A stretch of DNA of 64,000 bases from Longimicrobiales bacterium (GCA_965204735.1 OZ242008.1:768001-832000), one strand, 5' to 3'. Positions 19,914 through 30,166 are shown, counted from the first letter of the stretch. Numbers and translations: made by a program. The notes: generated by a model not told the origin, from the sequence alone.

Positions 19914-20336
19914 GTGGCGGTACTGGGCGGCAAGAAGTCGAGAGTCTCCGACGAGATCCCATCCTCGTCGATGGCCGACATCGCCTTCCTCCTGCTCATC
20001 TTCTTCCTGGTCACGACGACGTTCCCGAAGGACAAGGGACTCGCCATCGTGCTGCCGGAGGAGGCGGCGGAGATCGAGGTCAGCCAGAAGAACATTCTCC
20101 ACATCGTCGTGAACCCCAACGGGGCCGTGACGATCAAGCGGGGCGAAAGCCAGCAGGAGCAGACGGTCCGACCCAACGACGTGGAGGCCATCTGGCGTCA
20201 GGACGTGGTCCAGAACCCGAACCTCATCGCGGCGGTGAAGACCCATCCGAACACGCAGTACCGCTTCATGATCGACGTTCTCGACGCCCTGCACACCGCG
20301 GGCGCCGAGCGCATCTCCCTCCAACTCCTGGAGTAG
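19914..20336 (+). CDS. exbD: Biopolymer transporter ExbD
   Basis: SMADIAFLLLIFFLVTT with the conserved TM Asp. Confidence 0.9.
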   Translation: MAVLGGKKSRVSDEIPSSSMADIAFLLLIFFLVTTTFPKDKGLAIVLPEEAAEIEVSQKNILHIVVNPNGAVTIKRGESQQEQTVRPNDVEAIWRQDVVQNPNLIAAVKTHPNTQYRFMIDVLDALHTAGAERISLQLLE

Positions 20337-20343
20337 CGCGGCC

Positions 20344-20790
20344 ATGGGTCTGAAAGCAGGGGGCCTCCAGCGGAAGTCGAAGGCTTCGCAGGACATTCCG
20401 TCGTCCTCGCTGGCCGACATCGCCTTCCTTCTCCTCATCTTCTTCATGGTTTCGACCGTCTTCCAGACCGACAAGGACCGGCCCATCGACTGGGCGGCCG
20501 CCGAAGCCACGGAGAAGATCGACGAGAAGCAGAAGAACATCCTGAACATCTGGGTGGAGACCAACGGCGACATCTACATCAACGACGCCCAGCGTCAGAT
20601 GGCGGAGCTGAGCGACGTCGTGGCTCCCATGTACGTAGCCAACCGGAACCTGGTGATCTCGGTTCGGTCGGATCGGTCCGTCCCCTACCGGTTCATCGAC
20701 TTGGTCCAGCAGGAGCTGGTTTCGGCAGGCGTAGTCCGGGTCGTGTTTGCGACCGAACTCGAACAAAGCATGACGAGGGAAAGACGATGA
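20344..20790 (+). CDS. exbD: Biopolymer transporter ExbD (second paralog)
   Basis: SLADIAFLLLIFFMVST; VISVRSD..VPY. Confidence 0.9.
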   Translation: MGLKAGGLQRKSKASQDIPSSSLADIAFLLLIFFMVSTVFQTDKDRPIDWAAAEATEKIDEKQKNILNIWVETNGDIYINDAQRQMAELSDVVAPMYVANRNLVISVRSDRSVPYRFIDLVQQELVSAGVVRVVFATELEQSMTRERR

Positions 20791-21476
20791 ACGAGCACAT
20801 CACCGAAGAGCAGACGGGAATCGTCGAGGGCGACGCGACGGCCAACGACCGGTTCAAGCGGTCGTTCTCCGCGTGGTTCTGGGGCTCCATGATCGCGGCG
20901 ACGGCGGTCCACTTCGCCGTCTTCGCGTACTGGCCGGACCTGCAGGCGGAGGACGTGAGCATCGTGGTCGACGAGATGGAGGCCGTCGACATCCCGCCGG
21001 AGGTCGAAATCCCGCCGCCGCCGGAAGCGATCGCCCGCCCCGCCAATCCGGTCGTCACCGACGTGGCCATGGAGGAGGACATCACGATCGCCGTCACCAC
21101 CTTCGAGGACAACCCGGTGGAGAACCTGCCGCCGCCGCCGTCGGAAGTGGAGACCGACATCTCCGCCGCGCCCACCTTCACGCCGATGACGGTGCGGCCG
21201 GGCCTCAAGAACGAGCGGGAGGTGCAGCGGGCGCTGGAGCGGGAGTATCCGCCCCTGCTCCGGGACGCCGGGATCGGGGGCACCGTCAAGGTGCACTTCT
21301 TCATCACCGAAGAGGGTGTGGTCAAGGACACGAGGATCGACGAGAGCTCCGGCCACTCGGCGCTCGACGAAGCGGCCCTGCGGGTCGCCGACGTGTTCGA
21401 GTTCACGCCGGCGCTGAACCGGGACAAGAAGGTCCCGGTGTGGATCTCGCTGCCGATCACCTTCACGACCACCTAG
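20787..21476 (+). CDS. tonB: Energy transducer TonB
   Basis: TM helix with His, Pro-rich linker, C-terminal YP..LRDAGIGGTV..SSG..LDEAA..FTPA. Confidence 0.92.
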   Translation: MNEHITEEQTGIVEGDATANDRFKRSFSAWFWGSMIAATAVHFAVFAYWPDLQAEDVSIVVDEMEAVDIPPEVEIPPPPEAIARPANPVVTDVAMEEDITIAVTTFEDNPVENLPPPPSEVETDISAAPTFTPMTVRPGLKNEREVQRALEREYPPLLRDAGIGGTVKVHFFITEEGVVKDTRIDESSGHSALDEAALRVADVFEFTPALNRDKKVPVWISLPITFTTT

Positions 21477-21505
21477 CCGGGTCTCCGGTCTTCCAGAAGG
21501 TCGGG

Positions 21506-21543
21506 GAGCGCCCCGCCGGCCCCTTGCGGCCGGCGGGGCGCTC
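21506..21543 (+). terminator. Perfect 16-bp stem-loop after tonB (terminator-like, short U tract)
   Basis: GAGCGCCCCGCCGGCC-CCTTGC-GGCCGGCGGGGCGCTC. Confidence 0.6.
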
Positions 21544-21548
21544 TTGCC

Positions 21549-22280
21549 ATGAGCTTGCCGAACTTTCGCCGCCGCATCGAGGAAGCTCTGCCCCGGGTCC
21601 TCGACCGCATCGCGGCAGCCGCCGAGCGGAGCGGGCGGGAGCCGGGGGCCGTGCGGATCGTGGCCGTGACCAAGGGGCACCCCCAGGAGGCGGTGGAGGC
21701 GGTTCTCGACGCGGGGCTGGCGGACGTGGGGGAGAACCGCGTGGAGGAGTTGGAAGAGAAGGCGCCGGCGTTCCGGGGGCGGGGCGCTCGGTGGCACATG
21801 ATCGGCCACGTGCAGAGCCGGAAGGCCGCTCGGGCGGCGCGCTTGGCGGAGCTCCTCCACAGCGTGGACTCGCTGCGCCTGGCAGGAAGGCTCTCCCGCG
21901 CGGCGGAAGGGGCGGGAACGCGCCTGCCCGTGCTGGTGCAGGTGAACGCCTCCGGCGAGGCCGCGAAGGGGGGCTTCCCGGTGACCGGGCGGTCGGAGGC
22001 GGCGTGGCAGGAGGCGCTGGAGGGGATTGCGGAGGTGGCCGCCCTGCCGGGCCTGCGCCCGGTCGGCCTCATGACGATGGCCCCCTTCACGAGCGACGAC
22101 TCCGTGGTCCGAGCCGCCTTCCGTCGGACCCGGAAGGTGCTGGAGGCGGCCGCCGAGATCGAAGGATTCGACGCCCGAGAGCTCTCCATGGGCATGTCCA
22201 ACGACTACGAGACGGCGGTGGAGGAAGGGAGCACGATCGTCCGGCTAGGCACGACGCTGCTGGGGGAGCGGCCCAGGTGA
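21549..22280 (+). CDS. yggS: YggS/PLPBP pyridoxal-phosphate homeostasis protein
   Basis: VAVTK, GENRVEE, WHMIGHVQS, GLMTMAP, LSMGMSND, VRLG. Confidence 0.95.
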   Translation: MSLPNFRRRIEEALPRVLDRIAAAAERSGREPGAVRIVAVTKGHPQEAVEAVLDAGLADVGENRVEELEEKAPAFRGRGARWHMIGHVQSRKAARAARLAELLHSVDSLRLAGRLSRAAEGAGTRLPVLVQVNASGEAAKGGFPVTGRSEAAWQEALEGIAEVAALPGLRPVGLMTMAPFTSDDSVVRAAFRRTRKVLEAAAEIEGFDARELSMGMSNDYETAVEEGSTIVRLGTTLLGERPR

Positions 22281-22422
22281 GTCGAGTTGCGGCGGCCGAG
22301 CGCGCGGCGACCGGCTTCGGCCGGGCAGGCGCCCTCTCGGTGCCGGCCCCGATGACGACGCGCCCGGCGACCGGAGACGCCGTCGCCGGGCAAGCTCGCC
22401 GCCGAGTCTCGGTGACGGTCCA

Positions 22423-23286
22423 ATGACGACGCGGCCGGCGACCGCGTTCACCGCGCCCGGCGAGAGCGCGCGGCTTCGCGAGGCGGTGGCGGCCGTCCAG
22501 GCGGCGAGCAGCCTCCGGCCTCGGGCGGCCGTCGTCATGGGCACGGGCCTGGGCGGGCTGGCTCGGGCCATCGACGTGGCAGCCGAAATGCCGTTCGACG
22601 CTCTTCCCCACTTACCCCGGTCCACGGTGGCGAGCCACCAGGGCAAGCTGCTGCTGGGCGAGCTGGAGGGCGTTCCCGTGGTGGCGATGCAGGGCCGCCT
22701 GCACTGCTACGAGGGCTGGTCCCCAAGAGAGGTCGTCTTCCCGGTGCGGGTCATGAAGCTGCTGGGCGCGGACGTCCTCGTCTCCTCTGCGGCGTGCGGG
22801 GGCATGAACCCGCTCTGGTCGCCCGGCGACCTGGTCGTGCTCAGCGACCACGTGAACCTGATGGGGGACAGTCCCTTGGTCGGCCCCAACCTGGAATGGC
22901 TGGGCCCACGCTTTCCCGACATGTCCGCGCCCTACGACCTGGAGCTCCGCCGTACCGTCGCGGCGCTGGCCATGGCCCAGGGCGTGGCCCTTCGCGAGGG
23001 CGTCTACGCGGCCGTCGCCGGGCCGCAGCTGGAGACCCGCGCCGAGTACAGGATGCTTCGCGCCCTGGGAGCCGACGTGGTGGGGATGTCCACCGTGCCC
23101 GAAGTGATCGCCGCCCGCCACATGGGGATGCGCGTGCTGGCCGTCGCCGTCGTCACGGACCAGTGCCTTCCCGACGCGCTGGAGGAGGTCGACCTGGCCC
23201 GGATCGTCGCCACGGCGGCGGCCGCCGAGCCCGCGCTGACCCGCTTGATCGCAGCCGTCGCGGCTCGGCTGGACGCGCCGCCCTAG
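22423..23286 (+). CDS. Purine-nucleoside phosphorylase (trimeric type)
   Basis: GTGLG, STVASHQG, QGRLHCYEG, GPRFPDMS, GPQLETRAE, VGMSTVPE. Confidence 0.93.
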   Translation: MTTRPATAFTAPGESARLREAVAAVQAASSLRPRAAVVMGTGLGGLARAIDVAAEMPFDALPHLPRSTVASHQGKLLLGELEGVPVVAMQGRLHCYEGWSPREVVFPVRVMKLLGADVLVSSAACGGMNPLWSPGDLVVLSDHVNLMGDSPLVGPNLEWLGPRFPDMSAPYDLELRRTVAALAMAQGVALREGVYAAVAGPQLETRAEYRMLRALGADVVGMSTVPEVIAARHMGMRVLAVAVVTDQCLPDALEEVDLARIVATAAAAEPALTRLIAAVAARLDAPP

Positions 23287-23547
23287 TCGCGCCCCGGAGA
23301 CCCCCTGCGGCCCCCGCGCCCCGGCGACATGTCGCGGCTCGGCTGGACGCGCCGCCTCAGTCGCGCCCTCCCAAGGCGCAGCGGCGGGCTCGGCTGATCG
23401 CGTTCGCGAATCGAACGTTATCTTTGTCGTGGCGCTTCCGTGCCCTTTGCTCCCAGCTCCCGGCTCACAAGAGCCTCCGCCCGCGTCCTGCCCCACGATG
23501 TCGAAGTTCGCCTGGCGGAACGACACTCCCACCTGGCTCGACCCGCC

Positions 23548-24390
23548 ATGACCAGCCGCTCCTCCCCGCCCACCCGCTCGGTCGAAGCTTCGATCCGCAT
23601 CGCTGCCGGCGTGGACGACGTCTGGCGCGCGGTCTCCGACGGCGAATGGCTGGCGCGCTGGTTCTCTCCGATCGCGTCGGTGACGCCCGGCAGAGGCGGC
23701 AAGGTCGCCGTGTCGTGGGGCGGCGACGCCGAGTGGACGAGCCGGATCACCGCCTGGGAGCCCGGCGTGCACATGCGCCTGGAGGACGAGCCTCCGGCCG
23801 GCGTCGAAGCGGCCGACGACGCGACGGCGTCTGCCGAGGCCGATGGCGACCACGCCGATCAAGGCGTCACCACCCTGGACTACCATCTCGAGCCGGCCGA
23901 CGGCGGCACGCTGATCCGGTTGGTGAACGCCGGCTTCTCCACGGACGCCGAGTGGGACGAGCACTTCCGAATGCTGGAGAACGGCTGGCGGTTCTTCCTC
24001 TGGAACATGAAGCACGCCCTGGAGCGCCACCGTGGCGTGCCCCGGACCATGATCAGCGCGCGACCCTGGGTAAGCGGCGCCCGCGCCCAAGTGTGGGACC
24101 GGCTCTTCGGTCCGGAGTGCCTGGGACCCCTTGCGGAAGACGACGCGCGCTTCCGCTTTGCGCTGGACGGTGGTCCGTCGCTGGAAGGATCCGTCGTGGC
24201 GTGCGACCGCCCCTGGACCTTTGCAGGAGTCGTCGAGTCCCTGAACGACGGCGTGCTCCACGTGGAGCTCGAGGGCTCCGGCCGCCGGTGGAAGCTGGGC
24301 GTCTGGCTCTCGCTCTACGGAGTCGCCGACGAGGAGCACGACCGAGTCCGGACGGCCCTTCGCGAAACGATCGGGAGACTCTCCGCATGA
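23548..24390 (+). CDS. SRPBCC/AHSA1 domain protein (two domains)
   Basis: VWRAVSD..WLARWF, SRITAWEP, GTLIRLVNAGF, GWRFFLWNMKHALE. Confidence 0.75.
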   Translation: MTSRSSPPTRSVEASIRIAAGVDDVWRAVSDGEWLARWFSPIASVTPGRGGKVAVSWGGDAEWTSRITAWEPGVHMRLEDEPPAGVEAADDATASAEADGDHADQGVTTLDYHLEPADGGTLIRLVNAGFSTDAEWDEHFRMLENGWRFFLWNMKHALERHRGVPRTMISARPWVSGARAQVWDRLFGPECLGPLAEDDARFRFALDGGPSLEGSVVACDRPWTFAGVVESLNDGVLHVELEGSGRRWKLGVWLSLYGVADEEHDRVRTALRETIGRLSA

Positions 24391-25871
24391 GCCAAGCCAC
24401 GAACCCGCGCGTCCTGTGCATCGGCGGCGGCCCGGCCGGCCTCACTGCCGCCTATCTTCTGTCCAAGAGGGGCGTGCCGGCGACGGTTCTCGAAGCCGAC
24501 CCCAGCCTCTTGGGCGGCATCTCGAGAACGGTCTCCCACAACGGATACCACTGCGACATCGGCGGGCACCGCTTCTTCTCGAAGTCGGCCGAAGTCAATC
24601 GACTCTGGCGGGAGCTTCTGCCCGACGACTTCATTCGCCGGCCGCGCAAGTCGCGCATCTACTACCGACGCAAGTTCTTCGACTATCCACTGCGGGCGGG
24701 CAACGCCCTCGGCAACCTCGGCCCGTTCGAAGCGGCCCGCTGCGTGCTCTCCTGCCTCCGCGCGCGACTCTTCCCGGTCCGAAACCCCACCAGCTTCGAG
24801 GAGTGGGTCGGCAATCAGTTCGGCCGCAGGCTCTTCTCGATCTTCTTCGAGGCGTACACCGAGAAGGTGTGGGGCATGAAGTGCTCCGAGATATCCGCCG
24901 ACTGGGCGGCGCAGCGCATCAAGGACTTCTCGCTGTGGGCAGCCGCTCGAAGCGCGGTCTTCCCCCGATTCGCGGGCGACGGCACGATCAAGACGTTGAT
25001 CAACGCCTTTCAGTACCCGACGCGCGGACCCGGCATGATGTGGGAGAGCGCAGGACGCAAGATCACGGCCCAGGGGGGCGTGGTGGAGCGAGGCCGGCGG
25101 GCCGTGCGGATCGAGCGTTGCTCCGGCGGCGGATGGAGCGTAGCGTCGGTGGGAGCGGCAGGCGACGAAGCCCACCACGAGGCCGAGCACGTGATCTCGT
25201 CCGCGCCCCTGCGCGAAGTCGTCGGATGCGTCGCCCCTCCGGCGCCCGCCGAAGTCCTGGACGCCGCAAACGGGCTGAAGTACCGGGACTTCCTGGTCGT
25301 CGGCCTCGTCGTCGAGGACCGCGACGCCTTCGACGATCAGTGGATATACGTTCACGATCCGGGAGTGAAGGTCGGACGCATTCAGAACTTCAAGTCCTGG
25401 TCTCCCGCCATGGTTCCCGAGGGGGACGGCAACTGCTACGGCATGGAGTACTTCTGCTTCGAGGGCGACGGGCTGTGGACCAGCTCGGACGAGACGCTGA
25501 TCGAGCTGGCGGCGAACGAGCTCGTGCAGCTGGGGCTTGCGCGGCCCGACGACGTGCGGGACGGCTTCGTGGTGCGCCAGAAGAAGGCGTATCCCGTCTA
25601 CGACGACGGATACGCGGCCCGCGTGGACGCGATTCGGCGGTTCGTCGAGAACGAGTGTCCGGGACTGCACTTGGTCGGCCGCAACGGAATGCACAAGTAC
25701 AACAACCAGGACCACGCGATGATGACGGCGATGCTCGCCGTGGAGAACATCGTCGCCGGCGAAACCCGCTACGACGTCTGGAAAGTCAATCAAGACGCCG
25801 AGTACCACGAAGAAGACCAGGCCGCGGGGGACGGTCGGCTGACCCCGCAGGCGCTCGGGGAGCGCAAGTGA
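24387..25871 (+). CDS. NAD(P)/FAD-dependent oxidoreductase (protoporphyrinogen oxidase/UDP-galactopyranose mutase-like), copy 1
   Basis: IGGGPAGL, LGGISRT, DIGGHRFFSK, YTEKVWG, GRNGMHKYNNQDH. Confidence 0.88.
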   Translation: MSQATNPRVLCIGGGPAGLTAAYLLSKRGVPATVLEADPSLLGGISRTVSHNGYHCDIGGHRFFSKSAEVNRLWRELLPDDFIRRPRKSRIYYRRKFFDYPLRAGNALGNLGPFEAARCVLSCLRARLFPVRNPTSFEEWVGNQFGRRLFSIFFEAYTEKVWGMKCSEISADWAAQRIKDFSLWAAARSAVFPRFAGDGTIKTLINAFQYPTRGPGMMWESAGRKITAQGGVVERGRRAVRIERCSGGGWSVASVGAAGDEAHHEAEHVISSAPLREVVGCVAPPAPAEVLDAANGLKYRDFLVVGLVVEDRDAFDDQWIYVHDPGVKVGRIQNFKSWSPAMVPEGDGNCYGMEYFCFEGDGLWTSSDETLIELAANELVQLGLARPDDVRDGFVVRQKKAYPVYDDGYAARVDAIRRFVENECPGLHLVGRNGMHKYNNQDHAMMTAMLAVENIVAGETRYDVWKVNQDAEYHEEDQAAGDGRLTPQALGERK

Positions 25872-27478
25872 TCCCAGCGAAGACCCGCGTCCTCTGCATC
25901 GGCGCCGGCCCGGCTGGCCTTACCGCCGCCTATCTGCTGTCCAAGAGGGGAGTTCCCGTGACCGTCCTGGAGGCCGATCCCGTGTACGTGGGAGGCATCT
26001 CCCGGACCGTCGTCCACAAGGGCTACCGCTGCGACATCGGCGCCCACCGCTTCTACACCAAGTCCAAGGAAGTCAACGAACTTTGGCTGGAGCTCCTCGA
26101 CGAAGGCTTCCTTCGGTGCGTTCGCAAGTCGAGCATCTACTATCGGCAGCGCTTCTTCGACTACCCGCTGAAGATCGGCAACGTCTTCGGCAATATCGGA
26201 GTGGTCGAATCGGCGCTTTGCCTGCTCTCCTACCTCAGGGCGCGCGCCTTCCCGATCAAGAACCCCGACAACTTCGAGCAGTGGGTGTGCAACAACTTCG
26301 GCCGCAGGTTGTTCTCGATGTTCTTCGAGACGTACACCGAGAAGGTGTGGGGAATGAAGTGTTCCGAGATCTCGGCAGATTGGGCGGCCCAGCGCATCAA
26401 GCAGCTTACGCTTGGGCGCGCGCTGAAGAACGCGCTCTTCGGGAGTCGCGCGAAGGGACAAGAAGCGATCTCGACCCTGATCGACTCGTTCCAGTATCCG
26501 CCCAAGGGCACAGGCATGATGTGGGAGAGCGCGGCGCGCAAGATACGAGCGCAGGGCGGCAAGATCGAAATGGACCGACGCGCCGCAGGCTTGGAGCGGC
26601 TGCCGGGCGGCGGGTGGCGAGTGGCGTCGGTAGGAGTGGACGGCGGCGAAGCGCACCACGAGGCCGAGCACGTGATCTCGTCGGCGCCGTTGCGCGAGGT
26701 CGTCGAGTTCGTGGACCCGCAGCCGGCGCCCGAAGTCGCTGCCGCCGCCAGGGGGCTGAAGTACCGGGACTTCCTTGCGGTCGGCATCGTGGTCAAGGAC
26801 CGGGGCGTCTTCACCGACCATTGGTTGTGCGTCCACGATCCGGGCGTGAAGGTCGGGCGCATAGAGAACTTCAAGTACTGGTCGCCGGAGATGGTGCCGG
26901 ACCCGGAGAACGCGTTCTACTGCATGGAGTACTTCTGCTTCGAGGGCGACGGCTTGTGGAGCAGCTCGGACGCCGCGCTGGTGGAGCGAGCGAAGAACGA
27001 GCTCGTTCAGATTGGACTGGCGGCCGCCGCGGACGTGATCGACGGCTTCGTGATTCGCCAGAAGAAGGCGTACCCCGTGTACGACGAAGGATATGCGGAG
27101 AGGGTGAAGCTCGTCAGGGGCTTCGTCGAAGCGGAGTGTCCCGGCCTGCACTTGACGGGCCGCAATGGGATGCACAGGTACAACAACCAGGACCATGCGA
27201 TGATGACGGCCATGCTCGCCGTCGAGAACATCGTCGCCGGCGAGAACCGCTACGACCTGTGGAACGTGAGCCAGGAGGCCGAGTACTGCGGAAACGGCGA
27301 AGGCGCCGGCGCCGGGCGGGCGGTCCCAAGGAAGCTGGCGACTCCGACGGAAGTTCCAAGCGGCGTTCGCGTTGTCTCCGTCGAGCCCCCCTTGAACCCC
27401 GATGCCTCCTGCAATATCGTTCCTCGTTCCGCTCGTTCCATCGCATCCGTTCCCCGCAACACTCCCGTAGCGAAATGA
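25868..27478 (+). CDS. Same flavoenzyme family, copy 2 (with C-terminal extension)
   Basis: IGAGPAGL, DIGAHRFYTK, GRNGMHRYNNQDH. GTGA overlap with copy 1. Confidence 0.88.
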   Translation: MIPAKTRVLCIGAGPAGLTAAYLLSKRGVPVTVLEADPVYVGGISRTVVHKGYRCDIGAHRFYTKSKEVNELWLELLDEGFLRCVRKSSIYYRQRFFDYPLKIGNVFGNIGVVESALCLLSYLRARAFPIKNPDNFEQWVCNNFGRRLFSMFFETYTEKVWGMKCSEISADWAAQRIKQLTLGRALKNALFGSRAKGQEAISTLIDSFQYPPKGTGMMWESAARKIRAQGGKIEMDRRAAGLERLPGGGWRVASVGVDGGEAHHEAEHVISSAPLREVVEFVDPQPAPEVAAAARGLKYRDFLAVGIVVKDRGVFTDHWLCVHDPGVKVGRIENFKYWSPEMVPDPENAFYCMEYFCFEGDGLWSSSDAALVERAKNELVQIGLAAAADVIDGFVIRQKKAYPVYDEGYAERVKLVRGFVEAECPGLHLTGRNGMHRYNNQDHAMMTAMLAVENIVAGENRYDLWNVSQEAEYCGNGEGAGAGRAVPRKLATPTEVPSGVRVVSVEPPLNPDASCNIVPRSARSIASVPRNTPVAK

Positions 27479-28962
27479 CCGCGACCAAGACCCGCGTCCT
27501 CTGCATCGGTGCCGGCCCGGCTGGCCTTACCGCCGCCTATCTGCTGTCCAAGAGGGGAGTTCCCGTGACCGTCCTGGAGGCCGACCCCGTGTACCTGGGC
27601 GGCATCTCCCGGACCGTCGTCCACAACGGCTACCGCTGCGACATCGGAGGACACCGCTTCTACACCAAGTCCGAGCAAGTCAACGAGCTCTGGCTGGAGA
27701 TCCTCGACGAAGGCTTTCTTCGGTGCATTCGCAAGTCGAGCATCTACTATCGGCAGCGCTTCTTCGACTATCCGCTGAAGATCGGCAACATATTCGGCAA
27801 GATCGGAGTGGTCGAGTCGGCGCTCTGCCTGCTCTCCTACCTCAAGGCGCGCGCCTTCCCGGTCAAGAACCCCAACAACTTCGAGCAGTGGGTATGCAAC
27901 AACTTCGGCCGCAAGTTGTTCTCGATGTTCTTCGAGACGTACACCGAGAAGGTGTGGGGAATGAAGTGCTCCGAGATCTCGTCGGACTGGGCGGCCCAGC
28001 GCATCAAGCGCTTCACGCTTGGGGGCGCGCTGAAGAACGCGCTCTTCGGTAGCCGCACGAAGGGAAAGGAAGTGATCAAGACCCTGATCAGCTCGTTCCG
28101 GTACCCGCCCAGGGGCGCGGGCATGATGTGGGAGAGCGCGGCGCGCAAGATACGAGCGCAGGGTGGCACGATCGAAATGGGCCGACGTGTCGCAGGCTTG
28201 GAGCGCATGCCGGACGGCGGGTGGCGAGTGGCGTCGGTGGGACCGGACGGCGACGAAGCGCACTACGAAGCCGAGCACGTGATCTCGTCGGCGCCGTTGC
28301 GCGAGGTCGTCGAGTTCGTGGACCCGCAGCCGGCGCCCGAAGTCGCTGCCGCCGCCAAGGCGCTGAAGTACCGGGACTTCCTGGCGGTCGGCATCGTGGT
28401 CAAGGACCGGGGCACCTGCACCGACCAGTGGGTGTACATCCACGATCCGGGCGTGAAGGTCGGGCGCATAGAGAACTTCAAGTACTGGTCGCCGGAGATG
28501 GTGCCGGACCCGGACAACGCGTTCTACTGCATGGAGTACTTCTGCTTCGAGGGCGACGGCTTGTGGAGCAGCTCGGACGCCGCGCTGGTGGAGCGGGCGA
28601 AGAGCGAGCTCGTTCAGATTGGGCTGGCGGCCGCCGCGGACGTGATCGACGGCTTCGTGATTCGCCAGAAGAAGGCGTACCCCGTGTACGACGAAGGATA
28701 TGCGGAGAAGGTGAAGCTCGTCAGGGACTTCGTCGAAGCGGAGTGTCCCGGCCTGCACCTGACGGGCCGCAACGGGATGCACAAGTACAACAACCAGGAC
28801 CATGCGATGATGACGGCCATGCTCGCCGTCGAGAACATCGTCGCCGGCGAGAACCGCTACGACGTCTGGAAGGTGAACCAGGACGGCGAGTACTACGAGA
28901 AGGGCGAAGGCGCCGGCGCCGGCACCGGGCGGCTGATCCCCAGCAAGGCGGCGAGCGCTTGA
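27475..28962 (+). CDS. Same flavoenzyme family, copy 3
   Basis: IGAGPAGL, DIGGHRFYTK, GRNGMHKYNNQDH. ATGA overlap with copy 2. Confidence 0.88.
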   Translation: MTATKTRVLCIGAGPAGLTAAYLLSKRGVPVTVLEADPVYLGGISRTVVHNGYRCDIGGHRFYTKSEQVNELWLEILDEGFLRCIRKSSIYYRQRFFDYPLKIGNIFGKIGVVESALCLLSYLKARAFPVKNPNNFEQWVCNNFGRKLFSMFFETYTEKVWGMKCSEISSDWAAQRIKRFTLGGALKNALFGSRTKGKEVIKTLISSFRYPPRGAGMMWESAARKIRAQGGTIEMGRRVAGLERMPDGGWRVASVGPDGDEAHYEAEHVISSAPLREVVEFVDPQPAPEVAAAAKALKYRDFLAVGIVVKDRGTCTDQWVYIHDPGVKVGRIENFKYWSPEMVPDPDNAFYCMEYFCFEGDGLWSSSDAALVERAKSELVQIGLAAAADVIDGFVIRQKKAYPVYDEGYAEKVKLVRDFVEAECPGLHLTGRNGMHKYNNQDHAMMTAMLAVENIVAGENRYDVWKVNQDGEYYEKGEGAGAGTGRLIPSKAASA

Positions 28963-28978
28963 GCGGCACGGCCGCGGC

Positions 28979-30166
28979 GTGAAGTCGTCGGGCGTCGCGG
29001 CCGGCTTGGACCGGCTGGTGGGCGAGCCCGACGCGGCAGGACGCCTGGGGCTGGCCGGCGCCCGCGTGGGAATGATCGTGCATCCGGCGTCGGTCACGTC
29101 GGAGCTGGCCTTCGGGGTGGACGCGGCCCGCAGGGCGGGTCTCGACGTGCGCGCCCTCTTCGGCCCGCAGCACGGCGCCCGAGGCGAGAAGCAGGACAAC
29201 ATGATCGAGTCCGCGCCCTATGCGGATCCGGTCACGGGCTTGCCGGTCCACTCCCTGTACGGCGAAGTCCGCAAGCCGACTCCCGACATGCTCGCTGGCC
29301 TGGATGCAGTCCTCTTCGACCTTCAAGACGTGGGCGTGCGCGTCTACACCTTCGCGTGGACGATGGCCCTGGCGATGGAGGCGTGCGGCGAAGCCGGAGT
29401 TCGGTTCGTCGTCCTGGACCGTCCCAACCCCATCGGCGGCAAGCGCGAGGGTCCCGTCCTGCGCCCCGGCTTCGAGTCCTTCGTGGGACTGCATCCGGTT
29501 CCGCTGCGCCACGGAGCGACCTGCGGCGAGCTGGCCCGCTGGTTGTGCGCCGAGAGAGGCGTCGCGTGCGAGCTGTCGGTGCTGCCGTGCCGAGGCTGGC
29601 GACGCGAAGCGACTTGGCGCGACACGGGCTTGCCGTGGGTCATGCCCAGCCCGAACCTGCCGACGACGGACTCCTGCGCCGTCTATCCGGGGATGGTGCT
29701 GCTGGAGGGGACCAACCTGTCGGAAGGACGCGGCACCACGCGCCCCTTCGAGCTCTTCGGGGCGCCGTGGCTGGACCCGGACGCTCTCGTGAAGCGGCTG
29801 CGGGGCGCAGGGCTGCCCGGCGTCGTGTTCCGTCCGTGCCACTTCGAGCCCACCTTCCAGAAGCACGCCGGGAAGCTGTGCGGCGGCGCCCAGCTGCACG
29901 TCACCGACCCCGACGCCTTCGCCCCGGTGCGGACCGCTGTCGAAGTCCTGGCGGCGGCGCGCGACTTGGCGCCAAACCGCTTCGAGTGGCGCGCTCCGCC
30001 CTACGAGTACGAAGAAGAGCTGTCGCCCATCGACATCCTATGGGGGCACGACGGGCTGCGGGCGAGTCTCGAGGCGGGCGTCGACGCCGACGAGATCATG
30101 GAGGGCACTATGGCGGAGCTGGAGCACTTCGCCCGGTCCGCGGCACCGCACATGTTGTACGACTAG
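28979..30166 (+). CDS. Exo-beta-N-acetylmuramidase NamZ family (DUF1343)
   Basis: LFGPQHGARG, VHSLYG, DLQDVGVRVYTF, LDRPNP, PSPNLPT, EGTNLSEGRGTTRPFE. Confidence 0.93.
   Translation: MKSSGVAAGLDRLVGEPDAAGRLGLAGARVGMIVHPASVTSELAFGVDAARRAGLDVRALFGPQHGARGEKQDNMIESAPYADPVTGLPVHSLYGEVRKPTPDMLAGLDAVLFDLQDVGVRVYTFAWTMALAMEACGEAGVRFVVLDRPNPIGGKREGPVLRPGFESFVGLHPVPLRHGATCGELARWLCAERGVACELSVLPCRGWRREATWRDTGLPWVMPSPNLPTTDSCAVYPGMVLLEGTNLSEGRGTTRPFELFGAPWLDPDALVKRLRGAGLPGVVFRPCHFEPTFQKHAGKLCGGAQLHVTDPDAFAPVRTAVEVLAAARDLAPNRFEWRAPPYEYEEELSPIDILWGHDGLRASLEAGVDADEIMEGTMAELEHFARSAAPHMLYD

Noticed and set aside
22794..28962. ORF-track proteins of about 1000 aa (22794, 24416, 26083 starts) suggesting fusions
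   Set aside because: The N-terminal halves are off-frame read-through of upstream genes. Real starts are at 24387, 25868 and 27475.
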